A DNA stretch of 64,000 nucleotides from an uncultured virus (IMG/VR IMGVR_UViG_3300032220_001168). Lineage: Duplodnaviria; Heunggongvirae; Uroviricota; Caudoviricetes. The notes beneath the pieces are model-generated. The model was not told where the DNA came from. It saw only the letters and a program-made list of their open reading frames with translations, and ran no database searches. Below, in pieces: positions 14,449 through 24,333 of this stretch. The stretch lies in IMG/VR virus record IMGVR_UViG_3300032220_001168, one strand, 5' to 3'. Position 1 is the first letter of the stretch, and the number at the start of each line of letters is the position of its first letter. The translations under genes were made by a program, and so were the position numbers.

Positions 14449-15828
14449 TCAACGAATGAGGCTATCTATCCAATTGAGGTCGTCATCCCTAGATGCTTGC
14501 AAGATTGCTGCCGCCATAGCGAATGCATAGTCATCCACCCCCACCTCTTTGCCGCCACTAATTGACCACTGCCCGGAGGCCTTGTATATCACGCTTAAAT
14601 TCTTGAGCTGCTTAATTGCCTTCTCATGATTATAAATATCCACAAGTCCAGCGTTAAATAATTCCTTCATCTTGCTGAATGCCTTCATCTTGCTGCTAAC
14701 GGACCAAGTGAGTTCTTCAATAGGGAAATCAGCGGCAAGAGATTGAATGGTGGCAGAACTGTTGTACTGGTCAAGAACAATGCTGTCAAAATTGTAAAGC
14801 TTATGGTGTTCTCGTATCCAGTCCTCCACTGCTTGAATACTCACTTCCTTTTTCCCATTGATCTCAAAATCTGCAAGGAACGTGTGGAACTTATCCACCA
14901 CCAGGGTTTCCCCATCGAAATGCACAATGCACGCTGTGTAGTCATCTCGTCCCACGCCCCCGCGTGCGGGGTCAAGTGCCAGCACGTACTTGCCGTGGAA
15001 ATGCACCGAAGGTGGCAACAAGCTCCGATGTTTGTTGATTGCTGCTTCTACCACTTCAGAGGCCAGCAGCGCTGACATGTTGCGAGCAAACTGCGCCCCA
15101 TATTCAATCATGAACTTATCTGGATCGCGCTTGCGCTCTGCCTGCATGAAGGCACAGTCATAAGGCAGTTCAGGATTCATCTCCCAGGTGGGAGTGTTTA
15201 CGGGCTGCATAAAGGGAAATTCCCCACTGGTGGCTTCGCAAAAATGCTGATAGAACAGACCGTCAGTGAGCCATGGCGAGGAGAGTTCCAAAATGCGACC
15301 ATGATTGCCGAACTGAGCAATGGATGGAGAAAGAGCGTCGTAGATGGCCTTCGCACCAGCGTTTGCATCACCCTCCTGACTGAAGGCAAGCTCGTCCATG
15401 ATGATTGCAGCTACGGCGCGACCACGAGACGCACGAGCACTGCTAGAGATGGCCCTAAATACGCAGCCATTGCTTATTTCAAGCGTGTCCGTTGTCTCTC
15501 TTACAATCTCTCGGGCGAAGGGGCTTTCAACAATCAAACCACGAATGGTGTTGAGCGCAATCTTGGCCTGGTCAATGCCGTTAGCAATAGTGCAAATATA
15601 CCAACTCTCTCCTTTGCGAATCTTGCGTTTGTATTTCTCCTCTAGGACGAAGCAAATGTAGGTGCAGGCAACTGCTGCCATGAGCGTTTTGCCAGAACGT
15701 CGACCAAGTGCCCACACAGCATGAGTCTTGCCGCCATGGAAAAATTCATCAAGAATATCAGCTTGTTTGTCCCATAGAGGAAGCTTTAACGCATGCCGCG
15801 CAAAGTCCGAACATTTAATTGCTGCCAT
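14449..15828 (-). CDS. terL: terminase large subunit
   Basis: Walker A GRRSGKT, Walker B IIMDE, RNase H-like ALDPA...DD. Confidence 0.92.
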   Translation of the reverse strand: MAAIKCSDFARHALKLPLWDKQADILDEFFHGGKTHAVWALGRRSGKTLMAAVACTYICFVLEEKYKRKIRKGESWYICTIANGIDQAKIALNTIRGLIVESPFAREIVRETTDTLEISNGCVFRAISSSARASRGRAVAAIIMDELAFSQEGDANAGAKAIYDALSPSIAQFGNHGRILELSSPWLTDGLFYQHFCEATSGEFPFMQPVNTPTWEMNPELPYDCAFMQAERKRDPDKFMIEYGAQFARNMSALLASEVVEAAINKHRSLLPPSVHFHGKYVLALDPARGGVGRDDYTACIVHFDGETLVVDKFHTFLADFEINGKKEVSIQAVEDWIREHHKLYNFDSIVLDQYNSSATIQSLAADFPIEELTWSVSSKMKAFSKMKELFNAGLVDIYNHEKAIKQLKNLSVIYKASGQWSISGGKEVGVDDYAFAMAAAILQASRDDDLNWIDSLIR

Positions 15829-16315
15829 TGAGTGTGCTCATAGGGCGTAGGGCCGTTTTAGGAACAAAAAAGGCTGGCCTTCCGCCAGCAGGATCGGACC
15901 AATATTCTTGCTTCATTGCATCCTTGCCGCCAATCCAGCCATGAATAACGGTTTTCTTGTCTTGAATGGTGACAAGAACAAACTTCTTATTGGGACTTTC
16001 GTTCTGTTGCACGATCAAATCATAGCCATGGCGACTACGAGTTTTTACGTCAATGCCTGGCAGATCACAAGAGCCACGCTTGGCTTCGGTTTCTTGATAG
16101 AGGCAATGCTTAAGGCCGAGATAGCTTGCGACTGCCATTTCTCCTGCGGCGCCCAACAGGTGAATGGTGAGGGCCGTCGCTCCCGTCGCGGCTCCCCCAT
16201 TGCGTCCCTTGAGCCCCCGTATTTCGTTAACGGCTTGCCTGCGAAAGGCTTCCTTGCAAGCGGCTTCGCGTTCTTCCTCGGTGAAGACGAATTCAATGGG
16301 GAGAGCGGGGGCCAT
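15815..16315 (-). CDS. hypothetical protein, possible PD-(D/E)xK fold
   Basis: GAAGEMAVA...D...IDVKTR; overlaps terL start. Confidence 0.7.
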   Translation of the reverse strand: MAPALPIEFVFTEEEREAACKEAFRRQAVNEIRGLKGRNGGAATGATALTIHLLGAAGEMAVASYLGLKHCLYQETEAKRGSCDLPGIDVKTRSRHGYDLIVQQNESPNKKFVLVTIQDKKTVIHGWIGGKDAMKQEYWSDPAGGRPAFFVPKTALRPMSTLNGSN

Positions 16316-16378
16316 AATGTAGAGGCGTCAGGGCCACTATACCCACTGTTAGCATAGAAACAACCCCACAATAGAGAA

Positions 16379-18508
16379 ATGACTGAGGAAACTGTTGATT
16401 TAGGGCATGCCACCGAAGCCGGACTGCGGAATGACGGACTCGCCAATGCGCTGACTGGCATGGGAAGCGGCAGGGATAAGAGCCAATACACCTACACCAA
16501 GCCCATTACTTTCCTTATGCAGGAGGAGCTGGAAGGGCTCTATGGGGAATGGCTGCCGCGCCGCATCATCGACATCTATGCAGAGCAAGCCACCCGCAAG
16601 GGATTCAAGGTGCTGTTTGGCGGCGAGGGCGCCAAGGCCGAGGAAGTGGTGGGCGTGGAGCAAGTGATCGAGGATCTATATATCCTCGAAAGCTTGATGC
16701 TGGCATCAAAGAATTCTCGCCTCTATGGTGGTGCCGTAATCCTGCTCTACATTAACGACGGTCGCTCTGCTGATCAGCCAGTCGACAAAAAGAATATTGC
16801 CGAAGTTGAAGGACTGGAAGTATTAGATCGGTATCAAATTGCCCCGGTAATCACTGAAGAAAATATCTACGATTACGCAAAGGCAACGCACTATCAAATT
16901 ATTTCCGGCGATTTGATTAATCAGCCCAATCTCACCTACATCCACAAGGATAGGATTTTACGTTTTGATGGTGACTGGCTTCCCTATCGTATCAGGCAAA
17001 GGAACTATGGGTGGGGACTGAGCAACTTGCAAGTCGTTTATGACAGCTTCCGTCATTATTGGACTGGCTTGAATTCTGCTGCCACTTTGCTGACTGAATT
17101 TGACATTTTTGTTCACAAGATTCGTGGGCTAGCTTCCATGCTCGCCGCTGGCAAGGAAGGGCAGGTCAGGGACAGGCTTGTGCTAAACGACATGAGCAAG
17201 AGCGTTTATCGTGGCTATGCCATTGACGCAGAAAAAGAAGAGCTTAACTTTGAAAGCCGTAACCTTGGGGGTATTGGCGAAATTCTTGAGAAGCTTCGCG
17301 TAGATATTATTGGTGCATCTAAGATTCCCCACACCTTGTTGTTTGGCGAGAGTCCTGGTGGCCTTGGCTCCACTGGCCGCAGTGAGGAGCGTGACTTTGC
17401 CAAGACACTTGCTGACTATCAAACGGCAACGTTTAAACGTCCGTTGAAACAACTGATGGAATACATCCTGCTCAGCAAGGCTGGCCCCACCAATGGCCGC
17501 CTTCCAGAATCATGGCGCATCCATTTCAACGACTTGTACGAGTTGAATGAGCGTGAAAAGGCTGATGTAAGGGCTCGTGTGGCAGCCGTAGATGGCCGCT
17601 ACATCCAACTAGGTGTCCTCCATCCAAAAGAAGTGGCAGATGCTCGCTATGGCGGTAGCGAGTGGAACATGGAACTCACTCTCGACCCATCGCTTCCTCG
17701 CGAGCTGCCAGTGCAGGGGCGGAGTGGAGGGCAGAGTCAGGGGCAGAGTGGCTTTGCCGTACCCCCTGGTGGCCGCGATCCTCTTGATCAAACATCTGGC
17801 AGCTTGCCAATGGATGGCACCCGCAACGTCGCTGATAGTGCTGGCCCCTACATTTACAATTACAACACGGTTCACGAACGGAGGGCTGAATTCACTGAGC
17901 AAGATCCAGAAATAAACCGTGAAGAGGAAGATGTATTCTCAGATAAGGATCTTCATCAACAAGCTGTTGCAGCCGCCAAGTCTAAGTTTCAAGTGTGGCC
18001 CAGTGCTTATGCCAGTGCCTACATGGTCAAGCAGTACAAGGAATTGTATAAGCGCAAGCATGGTTCATCTGGCGGAGCATTTAGAGGCAGGGATGGCGAG
18101 GAAATTCATGCTGATGACCTTGAAGAATGGTTTAAGGAAGAGTGGGTGAGGATTGGTGCCAATGGAGAGATCCTGGGTGAATGTGGCGGACGCAAGGAAA
18201 ACGAAGGCAAACCCAAGTGCTTGCCAAAAGCTAAAGCAGAAGCCATGAGTAAGGAAGAGCGTCAAACAATTGTTGCTCGCAAGCGGAAATCAGATCCCGA
18301 CCCTGAGCGCAGGGGACCAGCGACAATGGTTAGCAGCAAGGTAGACGCTATTGAACCCCTAAAGGTTTCTGGACTATTGCTCAATGATTACGACGAAGCT
18401 GCGTTGGTAAATCAAGCGGATATTGATGCTGCTTTGAACGAATGGAAGAGCGAAGCACCAGAGCGTTTCAAGGATATTCTGGAGGCTACTAATGTCGAAC
18501 TTGGATAA
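16379..18508 (+). CDS. portal protein (DUF1073/HI1409-like) with long C-terminal extension
   Basis: SRLYGGA, IHKDRILRF, IPHTLLFGESPGGL. Confidence 0.88.
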   Translation: MTEETVDLGHATEAGLRNDGLANALTGMGSGRDKSQYTYTKPITFLMQEELEGLYGEWLPRRIIDIYAEQATRKGFKVLFGGEGAKAEEVVGVEQVIEDLYILESLMLASKNSRLYGGAVILLYINDGRSADQPVDKKNIAEVEGLEVLDRYQIAPVITEENIYDYAKATHYQIISGDLINQPNLTYIHKDRILRFDGDWLPYRIRQRNYGWGLSNLQVVYDSFRHYWTGLNSAATLLTEFDIFVHKIRGLASMLAAGKEGQVRDRLVLNDMSKSVYRGYAIDAEKEELNFESRNLGGIGEILEKLRVDIIGASKIPHTLLFGESPGGLGSTGRSEERDFAKTLADYQTATFKRPLKQLMEYILLSKAGPTNGRLPESWRIHFNDLYELNEREKADVRARVAAVDGRYIQLGVLHPKEVADARYGGSEWNMELTLDPSLPRELPVQGRSGGQSQGQSGFAVPPGGRDPLDQTSGSLPMDGTRNVADSAGPYIYNYNTVHERRAEFTEQDPEINREEEDVFSDKDLHQQAVAAAKSKFQVWPSAYASAYMVKQYKELYKRKHGSSGGAFRGRDGEEIHADDLEEWFKEEWVRIGANGEILGECGGRKENEGKPKCLPKAKAEAMSKEERQTIVARKRKSDPDPERRGPATMVSSKVDAIEPLKVSGLLLNDYDEAALVNQADIDAALNEWKSEAPERFKDILEATNVELG

Positions 18509-19175
18509 TCTTGCATCATTCAGCGATACCGTTCTGTCCACGAGGATGGACGCAAGTTGGTCCTATGACCCCGTTAGTGGACGTTATCGTGGCGAAAATG
18601 GACGTTTCCTCGGTCGAAAGACTGTAGAAGCCCTGATCGATGGTCGAGTTGGTAAGCTGTCAACGCAGCTCAAGGACTATACGAGGCGACTTTCTGATGG
18701 TTCCATCACCATTGATCAGTGGCAGGGCAGTGTACGTGAGGCCATCAAGGCGGCGCACATTCAAGCGGCGGTTTTGGGGCAGGGTGGACGCAATGCGTTG
18801 TCATCTTCGGACTATGGGCGCATCGGTCAAAAGCTTCGTCAAGAATACCGTTATTTTGAACGTTTTGTTCGTGATTTACTTGACGGGGCTGTGTCTAGCG
18901 CCCATGCTATTAATCGTATTGGCCTATACGCTGAAAGCGTTCGTAGTTCTTACTGGGAAGGAACTACGGTTCGTCAGGAGCAGCAAGGCTACTCGCTCAT
19001 GCGACGAATCCTGGATAGCCAAGCTGTTCACTGTCAGGATTGCATTGGTTACGCACAAAGAGGAGTAGTGCCAATTGGCAGCCTTCCGATGCCTGGACAA
19101 CGGTGTGAATGTCGCGCACGATGCAAATGCACTATTGAATATCTGAGGCAGCAAGCTCCGACTGTGCCCATGTGA
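18492..19175 (+). CDS. minor head morphogenesis protein (MuF-like)
   Basis: Follows portal; HCQDC...PG..CEC.A.CKC. Confidence 0.75.
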   Translation: MSNLDNLASFSDTVLSTRMDASWSYDPVSGRYRGENGRFLGRKTVEALIDGRVGKLSTQLKDYTRRLSDGSITIDQWQGSVREAIKAAHIQAAVLGQGGRNALSSSDYGRIGQKLRQEYRYFERFVRDLLDGAVSSAHAINRIGLYAESVRSSYWEGTTVRQEQQGYSLMRRILDSQAVHCQDCIGYAQRGVVPIGSLPMPGQRCECRARCKCTIEYLRQQAPTVPM

Positions 19176-19213
19176 AGAATTGCTACTATCATCGGACTAA
19201 TTCCGGTTTTCCC

Positions 19214-20434
19214 GTGGCAAAAATTCTTTACTGTGGCGATGTTGGTTGTCAGACGGGCTTTGGCCGAGTAGCTGAATATCTGATTCCTGCACTGGCAAAG
19301 GAGCACGAGGTGTACGCTCTAGCCGTCAACTATGGGGGTGACCCCAATGAAATGCAGCAGATATGCCAAATGTACCCAGCGATGGCATACGGCACTGACC
19401 CATTTGGGTCTGATCGCATTGCTGAACTGGTGCAACGTATCAAGCCGGACTTGGTGTGGGTGACCAATGACTTTTGGATTGCCATCAATCTCTGGCATCA
19501 AATCAAAGAGCTAAAGGAAACAATTCCTTTTAAATTTTTCTGCTATACACCAATTGATTCCTACGGCATCTATCCAGAAACAATGCCGCCTACTCAGGAA
19601 TGGGATGGCCTGGCCACTTACACGCGGTTTGGTGCGGAAGAGCTGAGAAAAGCTGGTTACGACAAGCATATTGATATTGTTGGCCACGGCACTGATTTTA
19701 CGAAGTTTTTCCCCATTGAGAAAATGGAAAGCCGAAAGGCTTTGGGTGTGCCTGAAGATGTTTTTATTATTTTCAATGGCAATCGAAATCAACCACGCAA
19801 GCGAATTGACTTAACGATCAAGGCTTTCATCAAGTTTGCTCTTGACAAGCCAGATGCTCGATTGTGGCTCCACATGGGCAAGAAAGATATGGGATGGGAT
19901 TTAGTGCCACTGTTTAAGCGCGTAGCTCGCGACATGGAATACGAAAGCGTTGGCAAGCTCATCCTTACCGGCTCAACATTTTCCACCCACAACTGTCTTC
20001 CTGTAGAGCAGTTGAATCAGGTGTATAACGCTGTTGACATTGGCGTGAACACTTGCATTGGAGAGGGCTGGGGGCTGGTCAATACAGAGCACGCTGCTAC
20101 TGGCGTGGCGCAATTAGTGCCCGATCACACTAGTTTTAAGGAGATTTTCCATGACATCCCCCGCATTCCCATCGAAAGCTGGGAAGTCGATAGAAACTAT
20201 GGACTAGACAGGGGACAGCCCTCTCCCGATGGATTGGCAGATCTTCTCACGCAATACTACGAGGATCGTGAGCTGCTGGCTTCTGTGGGAAAATTGTGCT
20301 ACGAAGATGTTCATCAAACAGAACTGACCTGGCCTGCTGTGACGAGCAAGATGGAGGCAATTGTCAAGAGATTGCTTGCGCAGCCCAGCGAGAAAGAGTC
20401 TAAAGGTTTTGGCATGCCTGTGAGGATTGATTGA
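19214..20434 (+). CDS. glycosyltransferase, GT-B/GT4-like
   Basis: TGFGRV, NRNQPRKR, GEGWGL..TEH. Confidence 0.88.
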   Translation: MAKILYCGDVGCQTGFGRVAEYLIPALAKEHEVYALAVNYGGDPNEMQQICQMYPAMAYGTDPFGSDRIAELVQRIKPDLVWVTNDFWIAINLWHQIKELKETIPFKFFCYTPIDSYGIYPETMPPTQEWDGLATYTRFGAEELRKAGYDKHIDIVGHGTDFTKFFPIEKMESRKALGVPEDVFIIFNGNRNQPRKRIDLTIKAFIKFALDKPDARLWLHMGKKDMGWDLVPLFKRVARDMEYESVGKLILTGSTFSTHNCLPVEQLNQVYNAVDIGVNTCIGEGWGLVNTEHAATGVAQLVPDHTSFKEIFHDIPRIPIESWEVDRNYGLDRGQPSPDGLADLLTQYYEDRELLASVGKLCYEDVHQTELTWPAVTSKMEAIVKRLLAQPSEKESKGFGMPVRID

Positions 20435-20436
20435 CC

Positions 20437-21150
20437 ATGGAAATCTCGCAAATCTTTCTTAGCGATGCTCCGAATGCACAGTTGTCACCTTTTCTGAAGA
20501 TGACGACTGGCACTGTTAAAGCTGCCTTCCCGGAAGCTAATCACACCATCTACACCAATGAAACACTTCGTCAATTTATTGTTGACAACTATAGCTCTCA
20601 TGTGGTTTGGGCTTACGATTCACTTGCTCCCTATTCGTACAAGGCGGATCTTGGGCGATTCTGCCTCTTGAATAAGCTTGGCGGATGGTATTTTGACATT
20701 GCAGTGAGAGTGATGAATCCAGTGGATATTGGAGAGCGCATTGAATTCCTGGCATTCCGTGATATTCAACGATTTTCGTTCACTAGTTGGGCCTGTGCCA
20801 CAACAGTGCTTTATTCCAAGCGTGACAACAAGGCATTGCAAACTGCCGTCGATATGATTATTGACAATTGTCGCAAAAAATACTATGGAATCACTCCATT
20901 GTGCCCCACTGGCCCAACGCTTTTGGGTGCTGCGCTGGCCGCGAATGGTGGCAATGCAAACCACGTCTTTGGCGACTACCTAGAACTCACGCCCACGCAC
21001 GAACAGAAGAATCGCGCATTCGTGCTGCCTAATGGCACAATTATGGCATGGAGCAAGCCCTCGGGCGGTGGTGACCTCACTCAACTGGGGGCCAAGGGCA
21101 CGAACAACTACAACGAACTATGGGCATCCAAAAGGGCGTACACATCATGA
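20437..21150 (+). CDS. glycosyltransferase, GT32/OCH1-like
   Basis: YKADLGRFCLL..LGGWYFD, PTGP.LLG. Confidence 0.8.
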   Translation: MEISQIFLSDAPNAQLSPFLKMTTGTVKAAFPEANHTIYTNETLRQFIVDNYSSHVVWAYDSLAPYSYKADLGRFCLLNKLGGWYFDIAVRVMNPVDIGERIEFLAFRDIQRFSFTSWACATTVLYSKRDNKALQTAVDMIIDNCRKKYYGITPLCPTGPTLLGAALAANGGNANHVFGDYLELTPTHEQKNRAFVLPNGTIMAWSKPSGGGDLTQLGAKGTNNYNELWASKRAYTS

Positions 21151-21800
21151 CTTCTCTCACTGACCTTGCTAACAGCTATAACAGCGACAAGGGAAACGTG
21201 TATAAATGCGCTCATCACTACACAAAGCACTACGAAGACATCTTCCGGGTTTATAAATCCAGGAAGAATTTGTCCCTGCTAGAGATTGGTTTGAACCGTG
21301 ATGACTGCAGCGACATTCCATCATTGCGCATGTATAAAGACTATTTTGGCGAAGAAATAAATCTCTACGGTTTCGATATTCGGCCAGAATTCAAAGCGTT
21401 TGAAAGGGAGGGATTCAATATTTACATTGGCGATCAATCTGCTCCGTCAAGCCTTGAACAATGTCTTGCCAAAGATTATGATATTGTCATTGACGATGGC
21501 AGCCACGCATCCTCCCATCAGCAGATTTCACTTCGCGAGCTATGGGCAGCCGTAAAACCTGGCGGTGTTTATATTATTGAAGACCTACATTGGCAGCCAT
21601 TTCCCGAATCTTGGCGCAGTACGGCTGAACTTGGTAAAGATTGGTTGCAGGGCGATATGAAGGGGTCGGCATTTCTTTCGCAGTTATGGATGCAACAGTT
21701 TGAAAAAGAGCTAAGAGCAGTAGAACTTTTGCCATCCGCTAGCAAGCTGCACGATCCTTCTTTGACCGAAAACGCCCTCCTCATTCTTTGGAAAAAATGA
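21147..21800 (+). CDS. class I SAM-dependent methyltransferase
   Basis: LLEIG, GFDI, GDQS, DIVIDDGSH, KPGGVYIIED. Confidence 0.85.
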   Translation: MTSLTDLANSYNSDKGNVYKCAHHYTKHYEDIFRVYKSRKNLSLLEIGLNRDDCSDIPSLRMYKDYFGEEINLYGFDIRPEFKAFEREGFNIYIGDQSAPSSLEQCLAKDYDIVIDDGSHASSHQQISLRELWAAVKPGGVYIIEDLHWQPFPESWRSTAELGKDWLQGDMKGSAFLSQLWMQQFEKELRAVELLPSASKLHDPSLTENALLILWKK

Positions 21801-23029
21801 CAACTAGCTGGGACTGCTTTGATACGCTTGTCACACGCAGGCGACTTGATCCATTGTCTGTTTTTGACGACATGGGAATCAGGCTTGACTTAGATAATTT
21901 TACGGTGCGCCGAAAGGCCGCTGAAGGTCGGGCTCCTTGGACACTGCATACTATCTACGAAGAACTTGCAAAAGATTATCAATGGACTGAAGCACAGAAG
22001 GAATACTACAAGCAAGAGGAAATCAACGCAGAGCTAGAACATTGCTGTCCCATTGTTGAAAATATTAACAGGGTTGCAGATGGTGACTTGATCGTTAGCG
22101 ATATGTATCTACCGCCGGAAGCTGTTGAAGCTATCTTGCGCAAAAATGGCCTCAATAGGGATGTGCAAGTAACTGTCACCACAGGAGGTAAAAGCTCTGG
22201 AACCATTTGGAGTACACTTCCACATATTGATTTACATGTGGGGGATAATTTCCACTCAGATGTTGCCAGCCCCCAAAACGCTGGTATCAAGGGAGAACAT
22301 TACACGGATGTTCATTTGACACCTTTCGAGCAAAACATGGGCGGAGACATGGCCCTCCTGATGCGCGTCATCCGGCTGGCATGTCCCTATGAAAAGGGTA
22401 GCTTGATGTGGCATATGTGGATTGATCAGGCGGGGTTAAACATTCCAGCCTTGGTCCTGGCCTCCCTGGAAATTCCTTTGGAAAATGTTGCCTTTGTGAT
22501 GAGGGATTCGGTCCATTTAAAGCGCATTTATGATGCACTACATAATACAGTAAGCGCTGAATTCCATTGCTCTCGCATTGCCCTAGGGAGCGGAGGAGTT
22601 GCTTGGAGAAAATATGTAGAAGAAACTGCTAGAGGAAAGCTTGTCGTTGATTTACAGGGGACGGGAGGAAGCGTTATTAATTACTGGCGTCAAACATTCG
22701 GGGAGGATCCTCAATTGCTTTACTTGACTGGCACGTTGCGTCTCGGTACATTGCTGGCCCCATGCCTTCACGATGCAATTGAAAGGCTTAACTCCTCCCC
22801 GCTTGGAAGCTTGTCCGCTTATCCGCATCGCAAGCCTTGTGAGTTCAACAAAGACGTGCTTGACTGCCAGGAAAAAGCAGTGAGCAATGCTATTGGGCAT
22901 CTTCCGTATTTTAACTTTTCTCCCAATATCGATGTATTTCGCTTCTTGGTGGAGCAAATGCCCCACACCACAACATTCAAGCAAAACATCCACGTGGATA
23001 ACCATGAAAACGTTTCTGATGTAGAATAA
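21797..23029 (+). CDS. HAD-superfamily hydrolase (glycan-locus type)
   Basis: SWDCFDTL, VSDMYL, GKSSG, HVGDN.HSD. Confidence 0.8.
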   Translation: MTTSWDCFDTLVTRRRLDPLSVFDDMGIRLDLDNFTVRRKAAEGRAPWTLHTIYEELAKDYQWTEAQKEYYKQEEINAELEHCCPIVENINRVADGDLIVSDMYLPPEAVEAILRKNGLNRDVQVTVTTGGKSSGTIWSTLPHIDLHVGDNFHSDVASPQNAGIKGEHYTDVHLTPFEQNMGGDMALLMRVIRLACPYEKGSLMWHMWIDQAGLNIPALVLASLEIPLENVAFVMRDSVHLKRIYDALHNTVSAEFHCSRIALGSGGVAWRKYVEETARGKLVVDLQGTGGSVINYWRQTFGEDPQLLYLTGTLRLGTLLAPCLHDAIERLNSSPLGSLSAYPHRKPCEFNKDVLDCQEKAVSNAIGHLPYFNFSPNIDVFRFLVEQMPHTTTFKQNIHVDNHENVSDVE

Positions 23030-23058
23030 TTTTTACTCTCATACACTCGCGATAGCAA

Positions 23059-23340
23059 ATGACAATGGAAGATCGTGGAGATGCGGCAATGCCTAAAACC
23101 AAAAAGGCAAAGCAAGCGAAAATCGCCAAGGTAATGCGCGAATTTAAGGCTGGCACTCTCAAGGGCAGTGACAAAAAAGCCATTACCAATCGCAAGCAGG
23201 CAATTGCCATCGCTCTTTCTGAGGCTGGCATGTCGATGCAAGGCAAGAGTGACGAATACTGGGACAGCTACGTGGTGACAATTATGGGCGGAGAGGAGGA
23301 AGAGGAGGAAATGGAGGATCCCGAAGAGGGAAAGTCCTAA
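23059..23340 (+). CDS. small basic protein (DUF6496-like), acidic tail
   Basis: KVMREFKAGTL...NRKQAIAIALSEA. Confidence 0.8.
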   Translation: MTMEDRGDAAMPKTKKAKQAKIAKVMREFKAGTLKGSDKKAITNRKQAIAIALSEAGMSMQGKSDEYWDSYVVTIMGGEEEEEEMEDPEEGKS

Positions 23341-23687
23341 GGGGAGACGCTGAGTCGTTCTCCCCTCCGTCGCCTGTGCGGTCCGCAGCACGTCGCGGGC
23401 TTGAATTGCGCAAGAAGTATCGGAAGGGTGGGCTGACCACCCAGGAGGCCGGTAAGCAGGGCATTGGTAGCGGGGTGGCACGGGCGACGAGCCTGGGCAG
23501 CGGAGAATCCGTGAGTTTTGAAACAATCAAGCGTATGGCGGCATTCTTTTCTCGTCACGAGAAGAACAAAAGTGGTGGTGAAAATGATGCTGGTTACATT
23601 GCTTGGCAATTATGGGGAGGAGATGCGGGTAGGGCGTGGGCAAATCGTGTGATTAAGATGGTTGAAAATCGCCAATCAAGACAGTGA
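23334..23687 (+). CDS. conserved phage head-associated domain, probably reached by -1 frameshift
   Basis: F.PP..VR.AARRGLELR...FFSRHE...IAW.LWGGDAG..WA; conserved N-terminus lies upstream of the first GTG (23376). Confidence 0.75.
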   Translation, partial: VLRGDAESFSPPSPVRSAARRGLELRKKYRKGGLTTQEAGKQGIGSGVARATSLGSGESVSFETIKRMAAFFSRHEKNKSGGENDAGYIAWQLWGGDAGRAWANRVIKMVENRQSRQ

Positions 23688-23992
23688 GCGAATACGTCCG
23701 TGTGATCGAAGCTGAGGAGGATGGGATTGGCGTGATGAAGGCGCTAGCCATCTTGTCATCCAATGAACATCGCAATACCAGTGAGTGGCACTTGGTTGAA
23801 AAGCAATGCTTCAAAAATGGGCGGCTAGACGAAACGCATATTTATTGCGAGAGTCATTACGACAAGCCTGATGAGTATTTTGAAAAGACAAAATTCCTCA
23901 CCTTTGAGGTGGAGGCAATGGCAAAAGCGTACATCATGGAGGGCATTGAAGAAGCAATTCGCTCCACTCAAGAGGAAGGCGACGAAGACTAA
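23684..23992 (+). CDS. hypothetical protein
   Basis: GTGA overlap. Confidence 0.75.
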   Translation: MSEYVRVIEAEEDGIGVMKALAILSSNEHRNTSEWHLVEKQCFKNGRLDETHIYCESHYDKPDEYFEKTKFLTFEVEAMAKAYIMEGIEEAIRSTQEEGDED

Positions 23993-24240
23993 TCTCTTAT
24001 TGCGTTGACAACAAAGCTAGGCATACCCAGAAGCCATAGCACGGACAATCCATAGAGGCCGCTTAACGTGGCTAGTTGCACTGCGCTTGGCTCTGTTTCG
24101 CCGTTTTCAATACGGCAGTAAGTGGATTGTCCAATGTGCAAAACTTGTGCCACATCACGCTGGGTAAGGCCGCTGTTTAGTCGTGCATCTTTTAGCCGCG
24201 AAGCTACCAACGCACGACGTTGGTAGTGTGGCATGTTCAT
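23989..24240 (-). CDS. XRE-family HTH regulator
   Basis: RLKDARLNSGLTQRDVA..L.IGQSTYCRIENG..EP. Confidence 0.85.
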   Translation of the reverse strand: MNMPHYQRRALVASRLKDARLNSGLTQRDVAQVLHIGQSTYCRIENGETEPSAVQLATLSGLYGLSVLWLLGMPSFVVNAIRD

Positions 24241-24333
24241 CGCATTGACACTGCTGGCCACAAATCTAGTCACGTGATTCGTCTCTGGTTCAGGAATCGC
24301 AATCTAACACAAAATGTTTGCTATTCTTAATGC

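Noticed and set aside
16379..18508. Acb1 anti-CBASS nuclease fused to the portal
   Set aside because: No paired HxT/S 2H-phosphoesterase motifs visible in the extension
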